This document shows, piece by piece, positions 1 to 12,940 of a stretch of DNA of 64,000 bases (within the stretch, counting starts at the first letter, position 1; the number at the start of each line of letters is the position of its first letter). Below the pieces are notes generated by a model. The model did not search any database. It was not told where the DNA came from and saw only the letters and a program-made list of their open reading frames with translations. The translations under genes and the position numbers were made by a program. Where the stretch lies: contig MU053810.1 in NCBI GenBank assembly GCA_013239625.1, positions 248,001 to 312,000 on the forward strand. The letters are read 5' to 3'. The DNA comes from Lama guanicoe. Taxonomy: Eukaryota.

Positions 1-199
1 AAATGCCGGGTGACTATCCAGCCACACATCTCCAGGAGCCCACCATGTCCCAGGCCCAGTACCAGGAATATCAAGAGCCACATCTCGGCCCTCATGGAGG
101 TGACACGGTGGGCATCGGCTGCAGCAATGACACTTCACAGGTGGTCCTTCTTATATTTGTCAGAAATTAGCCTCGTTATAATTAGTATCGACTCCCGGG

Positions 200-1400
200 A
201 GCCACACAGAACCAGCTTACACCCTGTTCTCACATATCCTGCAACTATTCAAGGGATATAATCTCCCTACTTAACTTACTCTTCTTATCTCCCCAGCATG
301 GTTTATGGTCCGCTCATCATGCCGCTGTCACTCTTGTTTGTTCAGACTACAGGACTCTGAACTGAAAGTAATGATCCCAACATAAAATACAGAACTAAGA
401 ACAGGGTACTAAAAACAGAGTAGAGCTATTAACCATCATGAGCTGAATACTATACTTTTGCAAATGAAGTCTAACAATAGGTTCATTGTTTTAGGCAGGT
501 GCACAACCGTTGGCATATAGAGAATATAAGCTCCATGGAGGTAGCGGGTTTTGACTATTTGGTTCACTGCTGTCTCCTCAGTGCTAAGAAAAGTGCACAG
601 CAGGTAGAACTTTCAATACATATTTCCTGAAAGAATGAGTGGATGGATGAGTGGAAGAAGACAAAGTTCAGGGTCCATTAAATAATCAGATCATTTTTAC
701 CTGAACTTCTACCGGACAAGACTTACTCTGGCTTGAGTTTCATGTCTTCACCTTAGCTTCATAAAATTCAGTCTTTTTGGGTTCCATGCAATGCTTCAGA
801 TGATCAGAAATATTCTGAAGTTTGATTCTCCCATCTATTTTATTTACTGCTCCTCTCAAATTTGGGCCATCTGCATATTTTGTTGGTACACATCCATCCC
901 ATACGTTTCCATCCAAATTCCTAGTTCGAGTCTTAAGTGGGAAAGTTATCCGCCAGAGCTCCATGGTACTCCACCAGAGAATCCCATCAAGCAAACCAAG
1001 ACACTAATCAGCTGACTTCAATGGCTGTTGAGTTGCAAACCCAGCAGAACTATAGTCTAGCCCATGGTGCATACTAAACATAAGCAGACAATGTGATTCT
1101 TTGCTGCAATGACATTCCTCAGTTTTGCACACCACATAATACTATCTGCAAGGGAAATGGGATGTTTGGGAAGATCTGTTCTTAGTAAACCCATGGGGAC
1201 TCCTAGCAACCACTACAGTCTTTACTAAATAATTATAAGCCATCTTCTTATAATCATTCCAGAACTTTGCTGGGCACTGGAGTCAAACTTTCCTATCTAC
1301 ACATCTCATATTCTACCTTTTCTGTGTTTGGAAAATTTACCAACATCTCTTATACTGTTTTCTCAAACATTTCAGCTGTGACCCTTTTGCGATAAGTGCA
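200..1400 (-). mobile_element. Ancient L3/CR1 LINE fragment including RT core, interrupted by an L2 3' end at ~520-660
   Basis: Minus-strand translation NLDG..TKYADGPNLRGAVNKIDGRIKLQNISDHL..KTEFYEAKVK resembles CR1/L3 RT (NDLD..KFADDTKLGG..IQNDLDRL..KMKFN..KCK). Another frame gives SGGVPWSS (~SSGVPQGS). Flanks at 370-440 and 1170-1340 also resemble L3. Confidence 0.75.
520..660 (+). mobile_element. L2 3' end fragment
   Basis: taagctccatggaggtag...ttcactgctgtctcctcagtgct...caatacatatt...gaatgagtggatgga, the typical L2 terminal pattern. Confidence 0.6.
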
Positions 1401-1489
1401 GTTTCCTTGGTCTGTTGGCATGTAACACATCTAAATCGAGTGAACTAATTTTGTAACTTTCTTCAGGCCCCACTTACATAGCTGTTTTA

Positions 1490-1665
1490 TATATACCATT
1501 TATTGGGTGTCAACTGTGTGTCAAGACCATACTAAGTATTTTTAAGAATTTCATTTAATACAGCAACTCTACAAAGTGGCTATCGTTCTACCCATTTTTA
1601 AAAGACAAAAACCAAGATCCCAAGAGGCTAAGTAAGTGTTCCAAGGTCATACAACGGATAACTGA
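1490..1665 (-). mobile_element. MIR SINE
   Basis: catttattggg...tgtgtgtcaag...cccatttt...aggctaagtaagtgttccaaggtcatac matches the MIR core. Confidence 0.65.
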
Positions 1666-3052
1666 AATTGCTAAGATTCTCTCAAGTGCACGTTCAAGCA
1701 ATCATGGTATAACTCCATTATTAGCTGTTATAATGAGAATATTAAAGAACTCGTAGGAGTTCAGAGTTATTTGTATAAAACTATAACACTGAAAGTCAAA
1801 GTATTAAATTTCATAACTAACAATAGAATATCCACTTTTGGAGGGTGGGTAGAGATTCGTTGGCCTACCCTGCAATGTACTGGAAGCGCTCAGGGCATGT
1901 GGCTGTAAATATCCTGAAGGATGAAATCCCCCAGGTCAAAGCGAACCAGAGGCAGAGGTACTCAGAAGCAGGGGGAACAGTTAGGAGTCCAGAAACTATA
2001 CCTGGGAAGAGCCTTTCACCAGCTCACACCTGCTGGTGTCATCCGAAGGGGGAATAAAGTGGACAGAAAAGAGGTGGGGAATCTTAGCTACAAGCAAATG
2101 GACAACCAAGGTTCTGCCGACCTTGCATAGCTAAATCCCAGTAGCTCTTTCCAAAACACAGCCAAGGGGATCTTCATACATAAGGAATACTCATGCCCAA
2201 ATAGCAAACCTTTCTAAAATGTGCATAATTCAAAGGAATACTGTCACTAAAAGCAACCTGGCGATGAAAAGAACCTCCCTTAATTTTGATCACTTATCTA
2301 CCAGGTCCAAAGTAAACACTGGCTGGCACATCTCTGTACAGAGGATAAATGGTTAAGGTGGTAATCCACACTAAAATCTCCATAATCTCCAACAGTGGAC
2401 AGAAGAGGTGGGCCCAGGCAGAGAGAGGGAGAGAAAAGCTGAATGGGAAAACAGCATGTGGGCACTGATGCAGACTTCTGCCTGCATGGTAACTGACAGC
2501 CACGCAAGAAAACCCCAGAACGAGCCAGGAAAACGTTTTAAAGTTAATTCATGCGAAAAACCGTGCCAAATGCACAAGCAGGCCCCATTCCAAAGCCCCC
2601 GAGCTGGAGGGACATCAGGATCCAAAGGACAGGTGTTCTACTGAACACACACACTTCTCTGAAACAACAGTAGTGTCGTTTCCCCTTCCGCTTTAATTCT
2701 CCACAGTTTAAGGAGCCACAAATTTGAACTCCGTGTAAAACAAAGAAAATTAGAAAAACACAAAAGGGAAGAGAAAGTCCAACATATTTTGCTTTTTTTC
2801 ACCCTATCACGGTTAACTGATCTGGAGTGGGGAAGAAGCCATGGCAGCATTTATAAGCATCAGGAGAATTATCAGAAGGAAAAGGCAAGAAAACACTTTT
2901 CCTTTGTGTGCTCATTGGCAAAGGTTGCCTCCTGCTCAAGTTAAGAGGCCCCAGGAGGGTAAGAGATGGACAGAAGTATAATTAGAAGTGGCAGACAGGA
3001 GACAAGGTGATTAGCAGCGAAGACAGAACAAAGATGGTGGAGGAACGGACCT

Positions 3053-3105
3053 CGGCGCAGGGGCGCAGGGGTGCAGGGGGGCAGGGGTGCAGGGGCGCAA
3101 GGCGG
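3053..3105 (+). repeat. G-rich ~9-bp tandem minisatellite (variants of GCGCAGGGG)
   Basis: ggcgcaggggcgcagggggtgcaggggggcaggggtgcaggggcgcaaggcgg read directly. Confidence 0.85.
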
Positions 3106-3699
3106 AAGTTATGTCAATGAGCCGTGACCAGCCTCTTGTCTGCCTCTGCCAAGCACTTGCGGGTTAACCATCCAGTCTGGAAAAGTTCTCTCTCGGGGAA
3201 ACACAGTCCCTCTGAAGCAAAGACCATAAAGGACTAGATCTTTCACCACCTACCACTATTTTTTTCAAAACAGCCCAGAAACTTGAAACTTCATTCACAC
3301 AAAAAAAGACACTGTGGGTCTCTGGCATGACAAGTGGCCTCAGAAATATTTGAAGAATATTCTGATGTCTTGGCAAACACTCTTGCTTGTCTAAGTAAAG
3401 GCTATGTTTTCTTTTTCTGAAATAAACAAAATCATTTCCTCCTTTCTTGGGTCAGATTTTTTTCCCTCCCAGTATAAGCAGTACAGGAAAGCATGCCGAG
3501 AAAATCAGGATATTGTCAGTCACAAGGGAAAGTGATAGAGCTGAAATATTTGCCAGATGGTGTTTAAAATAATAATACCTTTCCTTTTTATAACTTAACA
3601 GGCGCGTTCACAGATGTTACCGCATTTCAGTCCCACAACCACTCTGCAAAGCAGGCATTATCATTCCTATTTTATAGACGATCGCTCCTAGTTTATAAT

Positions 3700-4160
3700 T
3701 ACTTAATTGTCCTCCCTTCCTCCCTCTGGTCTTGCTGTTTCTAGTCATGCTCCATGCTGTTTCCTGAGCCATCATTCAAAATATAGACTCGATCAAACGT
3801 CTTATCTTGAAATCCTTTGCTGGCTCCCCGTAGCCCGGAATAAAGGTCAAATGACTTGACATGACCTACAACGTCCCACGTTGCTTGGTCCTCACCTGCC
3901 CGTTCCATCCTATCTTCCGCTGCCACTTCACACCAAACCTTTACTGGACCCGGGCAGCTCTCGCACACCTGTGCCCACCTTCCCTGACCGTATAGGTGTA
4001 CTCATCCCTCTCCTGTCTTCTCACTCACCCACTCATCCTCTGAGACCCATTCTCTCCATCACCTCCACTGAGATCCCCTTTCTATTCCTTACCTCTTGCA
4101 GGACTGATCCCCTCTCCTCTGGGCTTTTATCACCTTGTTGTACACACTGCATTGCATCCA
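3700..4160. mobile_element. Degraded L2 LINE
   Basis: Pyrimidine-rich L2-like motifs (gctccccgtagcccggaataaaggtcaaatgacttgacatgacctacaacgtccc). Confidence 0.5.
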
Positions 4161-4917
4161 TCTGTTTGTATGCATATGTGTGTACATATGCAAATGGTTT
4201 TAGATGCAGAGAATAAAAGTCTAGAAGGATACATGTCAAACTGGTAACTAGTACCTCAAAACGGGTGCTAGGATGGGAGGAACGTTTTTACCTTCTATTT
4301 TTTTTAACAGAGTTTCTTCATGTGAACCATAGAACAGAGAAAAATGATTCGAGTGACTATTTTCTCAATTCTCTCAAGGACAGCACCATACTGATTGCCT
4401 GGGAGAGAAAGTTAATTCAGTATATACAATGAATGCCTTAGGGCATTAGAGCCTGATTCTCTCACTGAACCCAAGTACAGAAAGGCTGATGGACTGTTGT
4501 GATGCCAGACTTTTACAAAGAGGTACTTTTTAAAAGATTCTTGACCAAAATAACCAACACCTGGTTCAGCAAAATGTATCCATAATGCTGGACACAAGAG
4601 ACATAAACTGATTAGTTTAACTGCTCAAGCAATCAAGAGATGGACAGGCTGGGTCTCAGCTGTGATGAATCTAAATGCAAGATTTTGGACAAGTCATTAA
4701 CTACTTTGACTTGATTTCCTCATTTGTTAAATGAACATTAAATTACGAGGACTCATTATCTATATAGAGACACATATATCCATGTGTAGAGGTAAAAATG
4801 TTATACATATACACATATATGTATCACATCACATATAGAGAGAGATCTTGTCTGTTTAGAATATAGGCTACTCCAGGGAAGACCAGAATTCAAAATCCAA
4901 AGTGTCAATTTTTCTCT

Positions 4918-4938
4918 GCTGCCAGCAGATGGAGCTGT
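4918..4938 (+). promoter_or_regulatory. Candidate CTCF-binding motif
   Basis: GCTGCCAGCAGATGGAGCTGT; core CCAGCAGATGGAGC is one mismatch from CCASYAGRKGGCRS. Confidence 0.4.
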
Positions 4939-5943
4939 AATCAATAGGAAACTAAGGAGCAAAAGGCAGGTACCTAAATCAGCTACATCTTAAGCATGCA
5001 AGCCAGTTTTGTTGCTTAAGGCTTAAGCACCACATGTCATATTCTCTCATTGTGAAATGAGTTTTGCGTTGAATCCTTAAAAACAAACAAACAAACAACA
5101 AAATTAAAACCCTGGGCACAGCTGATGATAGTTTCAAAAAAGCATCCCAGGCATCCTTAGTGCAACGCAGGGTGCACGGGGTGGAGGCCTGGCCAGCATT
5201 TGTACGTAAGGAGGCAGGGCTGGAGCCTGGGATGGTACCATGGGAGGGGCACCAACAAGGCTGGCGTCATCTCTAAGGGACCGTATGTCGGTCACATCAC
5301 TTTCCAGAGTCTTAAGTTCCCTCATCGAGAAATTACCCAAACAGGATACTCCCTCAGGTCCTTTCCAACTCGAGCAATCAATGAACCTAAAATTATAATG
5401 AGGCAAGTATCCTGAGGTGTATATGATCCCACCGCGCTTGATTCTTAGCCAACATTTAGTCTTCTCCAGGATGCTGCCTGCTACACAGAAACCTGGATTA
5501 CAACTCATGCTTCAACAGGCTCTTCTGCGTGGGTAAGTCTGTCAGTTAGGCATGAAATAGAATTTCTTGAGATAAGAATCCATTTTCATGGAAAAGACCT
5601 TTTCCCTGTCTCATAGTCAGCCTTTACAATGCCCTGAGCAGACAGAAGAACGATCAAGCGATTTGTTCCATGTCTGTTCCAGAAGTTCCAACCAAGGCCT
5701 GGTTGTCTTCAGCCCAAAAGAGAAGTAGGTTAGGTCCAAATCAGTGTGAAAAACCCAGTGCTTAGCACAGACCAACCTCAGTGGACGCTGTGGAAGAATG
5801 AATCAATGAATGAACAATTAACTCAGGCCTTCCTAAAGTCTTACGGACCAAAGACACTCAAAAGCTGGACACCTGAATCAAAAAAGACTAGAAGATTTGA
5901 CTTTATTTCTTTCCTCCTCCTATGGCCACTCGTGATAAATTAC

Positions 5944-6125
5944 CAGTGGGTCTCAAAACTGGCTGCACGTTAGAATTACCTGCGGAGTTTTCACATAGAC
6001 TGATATCTGGTCCATCCCTGGAGATAACGATTTAATTAGCCTGAGATGTGGCTGAGGCATCAGAATTTTTTTAAAAAAACATCCAAGTGATTCGAATGCA
6101 AAGTCTGATACGCACCGGTAAGTTA
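5944..6125. mobile_element. MER5-family hAT-Charlie DNA transposon
   Basis: cagtgggtctcaaaactggctgcacgttagaattacctg...ccaagtgattcgaatgc. Confidence 0.7.
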
Positions 6126-8394
6126 CTGAGTTCGTGACAGCCTTAGGTGGCGAAAAAGGATTCACCTTCAAATACCTGGCCGAGCACATTTCCTTCACAG
6201 TCGATCTGATTTAAAGGTAAGATGCAGGTTGTCCTGAAGATAAACGTTCAAGACTACTTGGCCAACACAATAATCCTCTCAGAAAAAGAATGTGAAAAAT
6301 TAACAAATTTCAACTGGTTACCTGCAAGGTTTCTAGTATTTCTTAGCAAAGCTATGAAACACTAACCCATTTAAGAGAGTGTTGTGATTTCCTTCTCTGG
6401 GGCTTTTGGTAACTTGCCGTGGAAGGGTAATACACACTTCTCTGGATGTTTTAACATGAGAATAGGTGCCACTCACCTGTCTGGGAACAGAGGTGAAGTC
6501 TGGTGACTTTTATTGACCAGTTCCACTGATGTGCAAATCCAGCCTCCAAAGGCACCTTTAGAAGGGGAATCTCAGAGAGCTTGTTCCAGGTTCACGGCAG
6601 GTCATCACAAGGCAGATTTAGCAGCCATGCCTACGCAGAACACTGCTGACGACAGACAACTAGGCGCCAACGGCCTGGTTCATCACACACACACGCCCTG
6701 TGCCCCTGACTGAAGATGCTGGGCTTGACTTCAAAATGCATCCTAGAGGCTTCCAGCTCTGAACACGTGCACTCACGTGAGTATAAGGCAACGGGGACCA
6801 AAATAATGCACTGGAATTCTGGGGAAAAGCATCATTTCCTTTTCCTTTCCTACCACAAAAGCCCTGTGCTTTTCCTGTGCCGATACCCACAGTGAGGTCC
6901 TGTATTTCACAACATGAATGCAGGGCTCTGCCAAGCCGGGAGGTGCCCAGAATGGCTCAGCAGCATGGCCCTGGCACCGACCCAGCCCTCACACTAACCC
7001 AGAGACCCTGGGAAGGTGCAGGGCAGCTGCCTGCGCTTCCTCTAGACAACAAAGGATCGGGGCCAGGTGAGCACGGCCTGGGGCAGCTCACTAAATCTGC
7101 TGGAATATTAGGCCATTTCTTGGCAAAGTGAGAGGCAAATTATTATTATTTTTTAAAAGATGAAAAAGAGTAAGCAGGGAAAACAGAGATGAAGAGAAGT
7201 CTGCTTCGGACAACTGTCTCCCGCCAGCTCCATTTCCGACTTAGGAGGGTGGAACTTGCACTGTAAAATGTTCCCCGCTGTTGGAGGAACATGCCCACGT
7301 TTGGAGGTAGTGGCACCGAATTGAGCGTTCCTTTGCTTTTTTGCATCAGTAACTGACACCGTGACACAGCCCGCTGGGGTCAGTCACAGGCTTCAGAAAA
7401 TCAAATGCATTCAACAGAAGAAAACAGTGTTCAAGCACTTACATGGTGGGGACTCATAAGGGGGTCTGTGTTCAGTAGTGTTCTTTACATATATTGTATA
7501 TGTAACTGAAAAAAACACAGAGATAATCTCTTTGAGGGTGCAATAAGGGCAACTCTGTATTCTTTCTTGAGAAACCAAGAGCGAGTTTCTTCAAATCTGA
7601 GATTAGATTCATGATTAGAAACAACAGCATGTTTTGCTTTGTCGGTAATTTTTTTCAGGAGGACGTGTTTATGTGCATCGCCCCTCCAAACCACAGTTTT
7701 ATGGCCGATGGGTGTGAAATGCTGAGGCACTTCTGAGTTCACAGTTTTACGATGTCCTGCTAGTAAAAGAGGATGATAACCCAAGGGGGCTGAGCGCCAG
7801 GGCTGTGAGCATGCTCTCAGGAAGGCTACTGCCCACAGCTGGTAGCTCAGAAATGCGTGCTATTCGCCCAATTGCCTATTCAGAGTTTAGAAGGGAATCA
7901 GAAGAGCAACTGTGCTGAGAGGGATAAGGGGATGGGAGCAGTCCAGCCACACAGACTGTCCCTGATGATGACACGAGGGTAGCTGGGGAGGGGACAGTGG
8001 TAACCCCTATGCTCCCGCGCTCAGGTGGAGACACTGATGTGCCCTGGCGGTGGCCACAGTCTGAAGCCAAAGGTGGAGGAGGCAGGCCAGGCTGAGAGCA
8101 CAGACAGCTCACGCGGTGCCGTTTGGGTGACTGTGTTTCTCGGCAAAGGCAAGGAGATTTTTTCCTCCAAATATCAAAGCACGTTAGTCCAATGGCCGGA
8201 CTTCACTGAGGTCACTATGGACTCATGCTTTCCAATCTGGTTTCCCCGAAATCCTCCTGGTTCTCAATAAATATTTTAGAAACCATCATGAAACACAACG
8301 TCTATCTGTTAGACCCACCTCTAACAGATACCACATGTGAACACAGGGCAAACTGCCAACACGTTCACTTGTGCTCCCCTTGACAGCACTTGTA

Positions 8395-8520
8395 ATAAAT
8401 AAAGTTATAAAACTGAACCTAAAGGAATATATATTATGTATATGCATGACTGGGACATTGTGCTGCACACCAGAGATCGACACACTGTAACTGACTGTAC
8501 TTCAATCAAATCAATCAAAC
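8395..8520 (+). mobile_element. Short 5'-truncated L1 3' end (camelid L1_Vpa-like)
   Basis: atgtatatgcatgactgggacattgtgctgcacaccagagatcgacacactgtaactgactgtacttcaat. Confidence 0.7.
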
Positions 8521-9769
8521 CTATACATTTACACTGATAAAATACTACATTTCTTATCTGTTTGTGTACAGGGGCTTTATATGTATAAGAATTTATTTTT
8601 AAAAGGGTTCTGCTACTAAAAAAAGGAAAAGAAGTAAAATATAGGGAAAAGGAAACCAGTGCAATAAATAATTTAAAAGTGAATTTAAAAGTTTCTTCCC
8701 TACTCTAGAGGAGACTAGCATTATGCATGTATTTCAGATACAAAGGGAAGATGTGTCCTCAGAAAGTTATTCCCTACGATGCTAATGTTCTTCTTCTTCC
8801 TGAATCTTTAGCCTCTTTAGAATTTTTTCTTTTAAGTTATGTTAAAATCAGAAAGAAGCCAACAATGTTACAACATGTTGAGACAGGGAAGGGAATGAGG
8901 AGAAGCATGCACACACGTATACACATACACATATGCATGTATACACATGCACACACATGCACGTACACACACCTACATACAATTTGGGGACCCCCTCCTT
9001 AGGCCCAGTCTAAAGTCACATAGCGCTGGGTGCACTGTGTTGGAGCTGCCATTTCCCCAGAGGCGCGGGGGGGTGGTGGCAGCCAGCACCGTGGCACACA
9101 CTCTGCGGGGAGAGAGCCTGGCAGAATGATTTATCTCAGGGAGAGGATGCCAAGAACATTTGAGGGGTAAAGGAACAGAAAGAAAAAGGGCCTGGGTGGA
9201 GGAAGGTGCAAAGCGGAGCCTCTTGCAAAGCACACCGCTAACTGTGTCAGGATGATTTCCAGTCTGGGGCAGCCGAAGCCCCGGTGTGGACGTGCGCTGC
9301 TGGATTCAGGAGCCTTGCGGCGAGCAAACGCTAACGTGGGAATGAAGCCTGGCAGTTCTAGGATCTTGCAATAAGGAGTCAGATGAGCCATCTGGTAGTT
9401 TTTCCTCTTCCATCTTTTTTTTCTCTCTCTTTTTTCTTAGGGGTGGGGGTGAGAGATGGGGCTGGTGGTGGACCAAGCATCTGAAGGTCTCATGTGGTTT
9501 GACGGCAAATAAGCACATAGAAGCTCGGTTTACAAAGACAGCCCAGCAGATGTCACGATGAACGCCGCCCAAGAACGCCCCCGGGGCACCGCGGACTAAA
9601 GCGGGTGGGGGAGCAGGGGAAGGGACGGAAAGCACTACCTCTTAACTGTCCCCGACGCTCCTCTTCCAAGTTCACTGCCTACAAGAACCCTCAGAGGAGC
9701 ATCAGGGCACATTATTTTCAGGAGGCTGGTGTAAAACTCACAGACATAGACTTCATCAAACATCGAGAG

Positions 9770-10260
9770 AGGGAGTACCTATGAGTGCCAGACCTGAGGC
9801 CAAGCAGTGGGGATAGAAAGATAAATAAAACACAGTCCCTGAAACCAGGCGGCTCCCCGGCCAGTGTGGGAAGCCAGATGTGAGGGTAAACATCCTGATA
9901 CGGCACCACCAGCCTCCTGCCAGGGAGCCAGAGCCCGGGCGATGGAAGCGCAGCTGCTCCCACGTCTTCCTCTGCTGGGGCCCTCGGCAGGGCTGCACCC
10001 CGGGAGCTGACATGCGCTCTGGGTGTTGGCAGGTTTGCCAAGCATGGAAAGACAAGGAAAAGAGCTCGCCAGAGAGAGGGAACGGCATGTGCAAAGACAC
10101 AGAACGGTGGGGTGCACTGTGCCGGAACGGAGGGATACTCAGGTAGATGGGGGTGTGGAAGAGAAGTCCATGAAGGCAGATGAGGCACTATTATGAGAGG
10201 CCTGCTTGCCAAGTTCAGTGGAGGAGGTCTTATGCTAAAGGCACTAGGGAGCAATAAGCG
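9770..10260. mobile_element. Degraded L2 LINE
   Basis: gagtacctatgagtgccagacc...ccagagagagggaacggcatgtgcaaagacacaga...ttatgctaaaggcactagggagc. Confidence 0.6.
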
Positions 10261-10359
10261 AGGGTCAACCTCTGGCTCTGAAAAAAGTAAATGTAGTGTT
10301 TTGTTTGGCAGGAAAATTTAAACATAGCCAATATTTTATAAATGGAGTATAAATGAAAA

Positions 10360-10433
10360 TTATGAATTGATATGTTGTATGCCTGAAATATATATTATTG
10401 TAAATCAACTGACCTCACTTTAAAAAAAAAAAA
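10360..10433 (+). mobile_element. Short L1 3' end with poly(A)
   Basis: tgttgtatgcctgaaa...attgtaaatcaactgacctcac followed by an A run. Confidence 0.6.
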
Positions 10434-10879
10434 GAGCAATACCAGAAAGTAATTATTAATTAAGCTACGTGAAGGAGTTCCTTATAAGCCATGCCTGAAA
10501 TCCTAACCCTCTCTCCTGCCGATGGGGGAACTTTAAACGTGAAATTTCACTTTACTCCATGTTTAATTTCCCAAGTGGAAGGTTCATACAAACTTTTCTC
10601 TTTTCATCATAAACAAATAGAAAAAGTCAATTTGACCAGAGTGCACAAGTCTAGATTTCTCTGGAGGACCAAGGTCAATGCAGGCACTCAATGCAGGGAG
10701 TGATGGAAAGGCTGGAGTCTGCAAAATGTCAAGTTCATGACTCTTTTCGCTGATAAGTTTTTGTTTTCCCCTAAAGGAAAAGGGAATTGTGAGAAAGAAA
10801 ACAACGTCTGTCATGATCTAGGGTTTTGTTCTCCGGAGTCTTCCTCCATCTCTAGAATCGGGTTACCACAGGCTATTTC

Positions 10880-11050
10880 TTGTCTTCACAAACTAGTGTA
10901 GATGTTGGAAAGCCCTTTTCCTCTTCATCAACCAGCCAACACTTGGAACAAAGTGGCAGCTTCTTGATAGCATTTCTGATAATGGAGAGACCCATCTGAA
11001 GTTTCCATGGGCTCCAATACACAGCCTTTCATCCTTTTAGAGACGTATTT
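10880..11050 (-). mobile_element. Probable L3/CR1 3' end
   Basis: Minus strand ttatcagaaatgctat...ctggttgatgaagagg...ctttccaac resembles the L3 terminus. Confidence 0.4.
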
Positions 11051-12129
11051 ATCTGCCCCTTTCTTCTTCTTAACTGTTATTCAAGCTTGGTACCCAATCA
11101 TAGCAGAGTGAACGTCAAGGCGGTGGACCAGCAGCCTGTCTGTCTTAGTGGGAGCTCAGACTTGGCCAAGCACAGACCCTAAGAAATACTGAATAGGCAC
11201 AGGGTCTCTCAGTGGACACTGGCCCCTCACCTCCAGATACACAGGACAAGACTCTGCAGTGGAGACTAAACACTGAAGTTTGTCCAGGAGAGCAGTATGG
11301 ATGTCAGGATCGCCCTACATGGTACTTAAAGCATGCACATCTCCAGCTCTCACCCAGCCCCGTGAAACCACCACCAGCGAGGCCCGTGGAGCCTGGGAAC
11401 CATGTAAATTTTTTTAAAGTTTCTAGCAATTCTGATGATTAGCCAAATTCGGGAACCAAATGTTCTAGCCAGGCCTCCCTTTCCAGATGAGAAAATTAAG
11501 TGACCTCCGCACAGATGCTCAGCCAGTTTTGATGACAATACGTCCTGGAGGGTAATTTCTTTAGATTCTGTGAAGAAACAACTTTTGTTATAAATGAAGT
11601 TACAAAGCAAAACAACAAACTCCAAGATAAAACAGGTTCTACCTCCTGTCAGGTTTGAATTTTGAATTTTGGGGGCTCCTTCCATGGTGGTGGCATGAGG
11701 AGGGCTTCTGGGGTCAGAGCGGAGGGCATGCACTCTGGGTGGAACATCTCCTTGGCCATGTGTCCCTGATCCTGCAGACACCTCACCCCGTGCAAAGGGC
11801 ACAGGACCACACTGGAATCTGGTGAACCAGGGAGCAACTTCTGCCTCGGTTCAGAATGCACCTGGCTGTGGAGAGCAGAACCTGCCCCAGAGGAAGTCAG
11901 CCCCCTTCCCTCTCCGCATATGCATACATTCATGTATGTAAATATGTCTACATTTTCACAGAGATGGATTTTCTACTAAGCACTGCCATACAGAAACTTT
12001 TAAAGGAAACCGCTATATGTTTCTAAAGTACAATACAGCATGACAAAGGATAAAGAATTTCTAAAGTCTTAAAGTGATAATTTCCTACAATTCAGTTGGA
12101 TTTCGATTTTTTTTTTCTTGTTCAGCTTC

Positions 12130-12380
12130 ACACTTGTTTCAAGAACTATCATTTACTTAGAGCTCTCCATGTGCAGGACACTGGGCTGATCACATTTCAT
12201 CTCAATAACTTATGTGAATAACTGAAAACACCAGGGGAGGGACCGATTATCCTTATTTTACAAGGAAGGAAATTAAGATTCAAGGGGATTAGGTAATTGG
12301 CCCCAAATTAGTTAAGTGGCACAGCCTGAATTCAAACCCATGACTCTCTCATTCCTAAGCTCCGTATTTTCTGCGACAGC
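12130..12380 (-). mobile_element. MIR SINE
   Basis: catttacttagagc...attatccttattttacaagg...ttaagtggcacagcctgaattcaaaccca. Confidence 0.7.
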
Positions 12381-12815
12381 AACTGCCTTTGAAAGGAAAG
12401 GATGGATGTGTTCCTTCACATATCTTTAAGAAACTAAATTTTTCCAGAGAAAGAGAAATCTTACTATTTCTGTAACATCATCACATTAGTTACATAACAA
12501 GATTTTTTTTTTCAAATTTCTACTTTATCTGTAATGGTGGTCTGAGAGGGTTCTTGAGAGCTACAGAAGTCAGACAGAAAGAAGTTCTGAACATTCAAAT
12601 AAAAGAATATTAAAACTTCTCACTGGTATTTCAGGAAATTACTATCCTAAGACCCTGGGGAATAAAAATCTTTTAAAATCAATTACAAGAATGCTCGACA
12701 CTTTAGAAATCATCCCCCATACTGAGACTTGAGCTTTTAATCCAGTTTCTGGGTAAAAAATAATAGAATCAACCAAAAAGTAAGTAATCCTTCTCATGGA
12801 AATATGTTTTCTGGT

Positions 12816-12940
12816 GGGGACGGGTGTATCTCAAGTGGTAGAGCGCATGTTTAACACACATGAGGTCCTGGGTTCAATCCCCTGCACCTCCTCTAAGAAT
12901 AAAGCAAATAAACCTAATTATCTTCCTTCCCCCAAAAGAG
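12816..12940 (+). mobile_element. tRNA-derived SINE (camelid Vic-1 type)
   Basis: ggggacgggtgtatctcaagtggtagagcgcatg...gaggtcctgggttcaatcccc (A and B boxes); tail aaataaacctaattat...ccccaaaa; degenerate TSD ggaaatatgtttt/ggaatgtatttt. Confidence 0.85.

Noticed and set aside
9718..10254. 178-aa ORF
   Set aside because: Lies within a GC-rich degraded L2; no recognisable protein.
12816..12895. tRNA-like sequence (also at 15940-16011 and 62634-62695)
   Set aside because: SINE heads with A-rich tails and TSD-like flanks, not tRNA genes.
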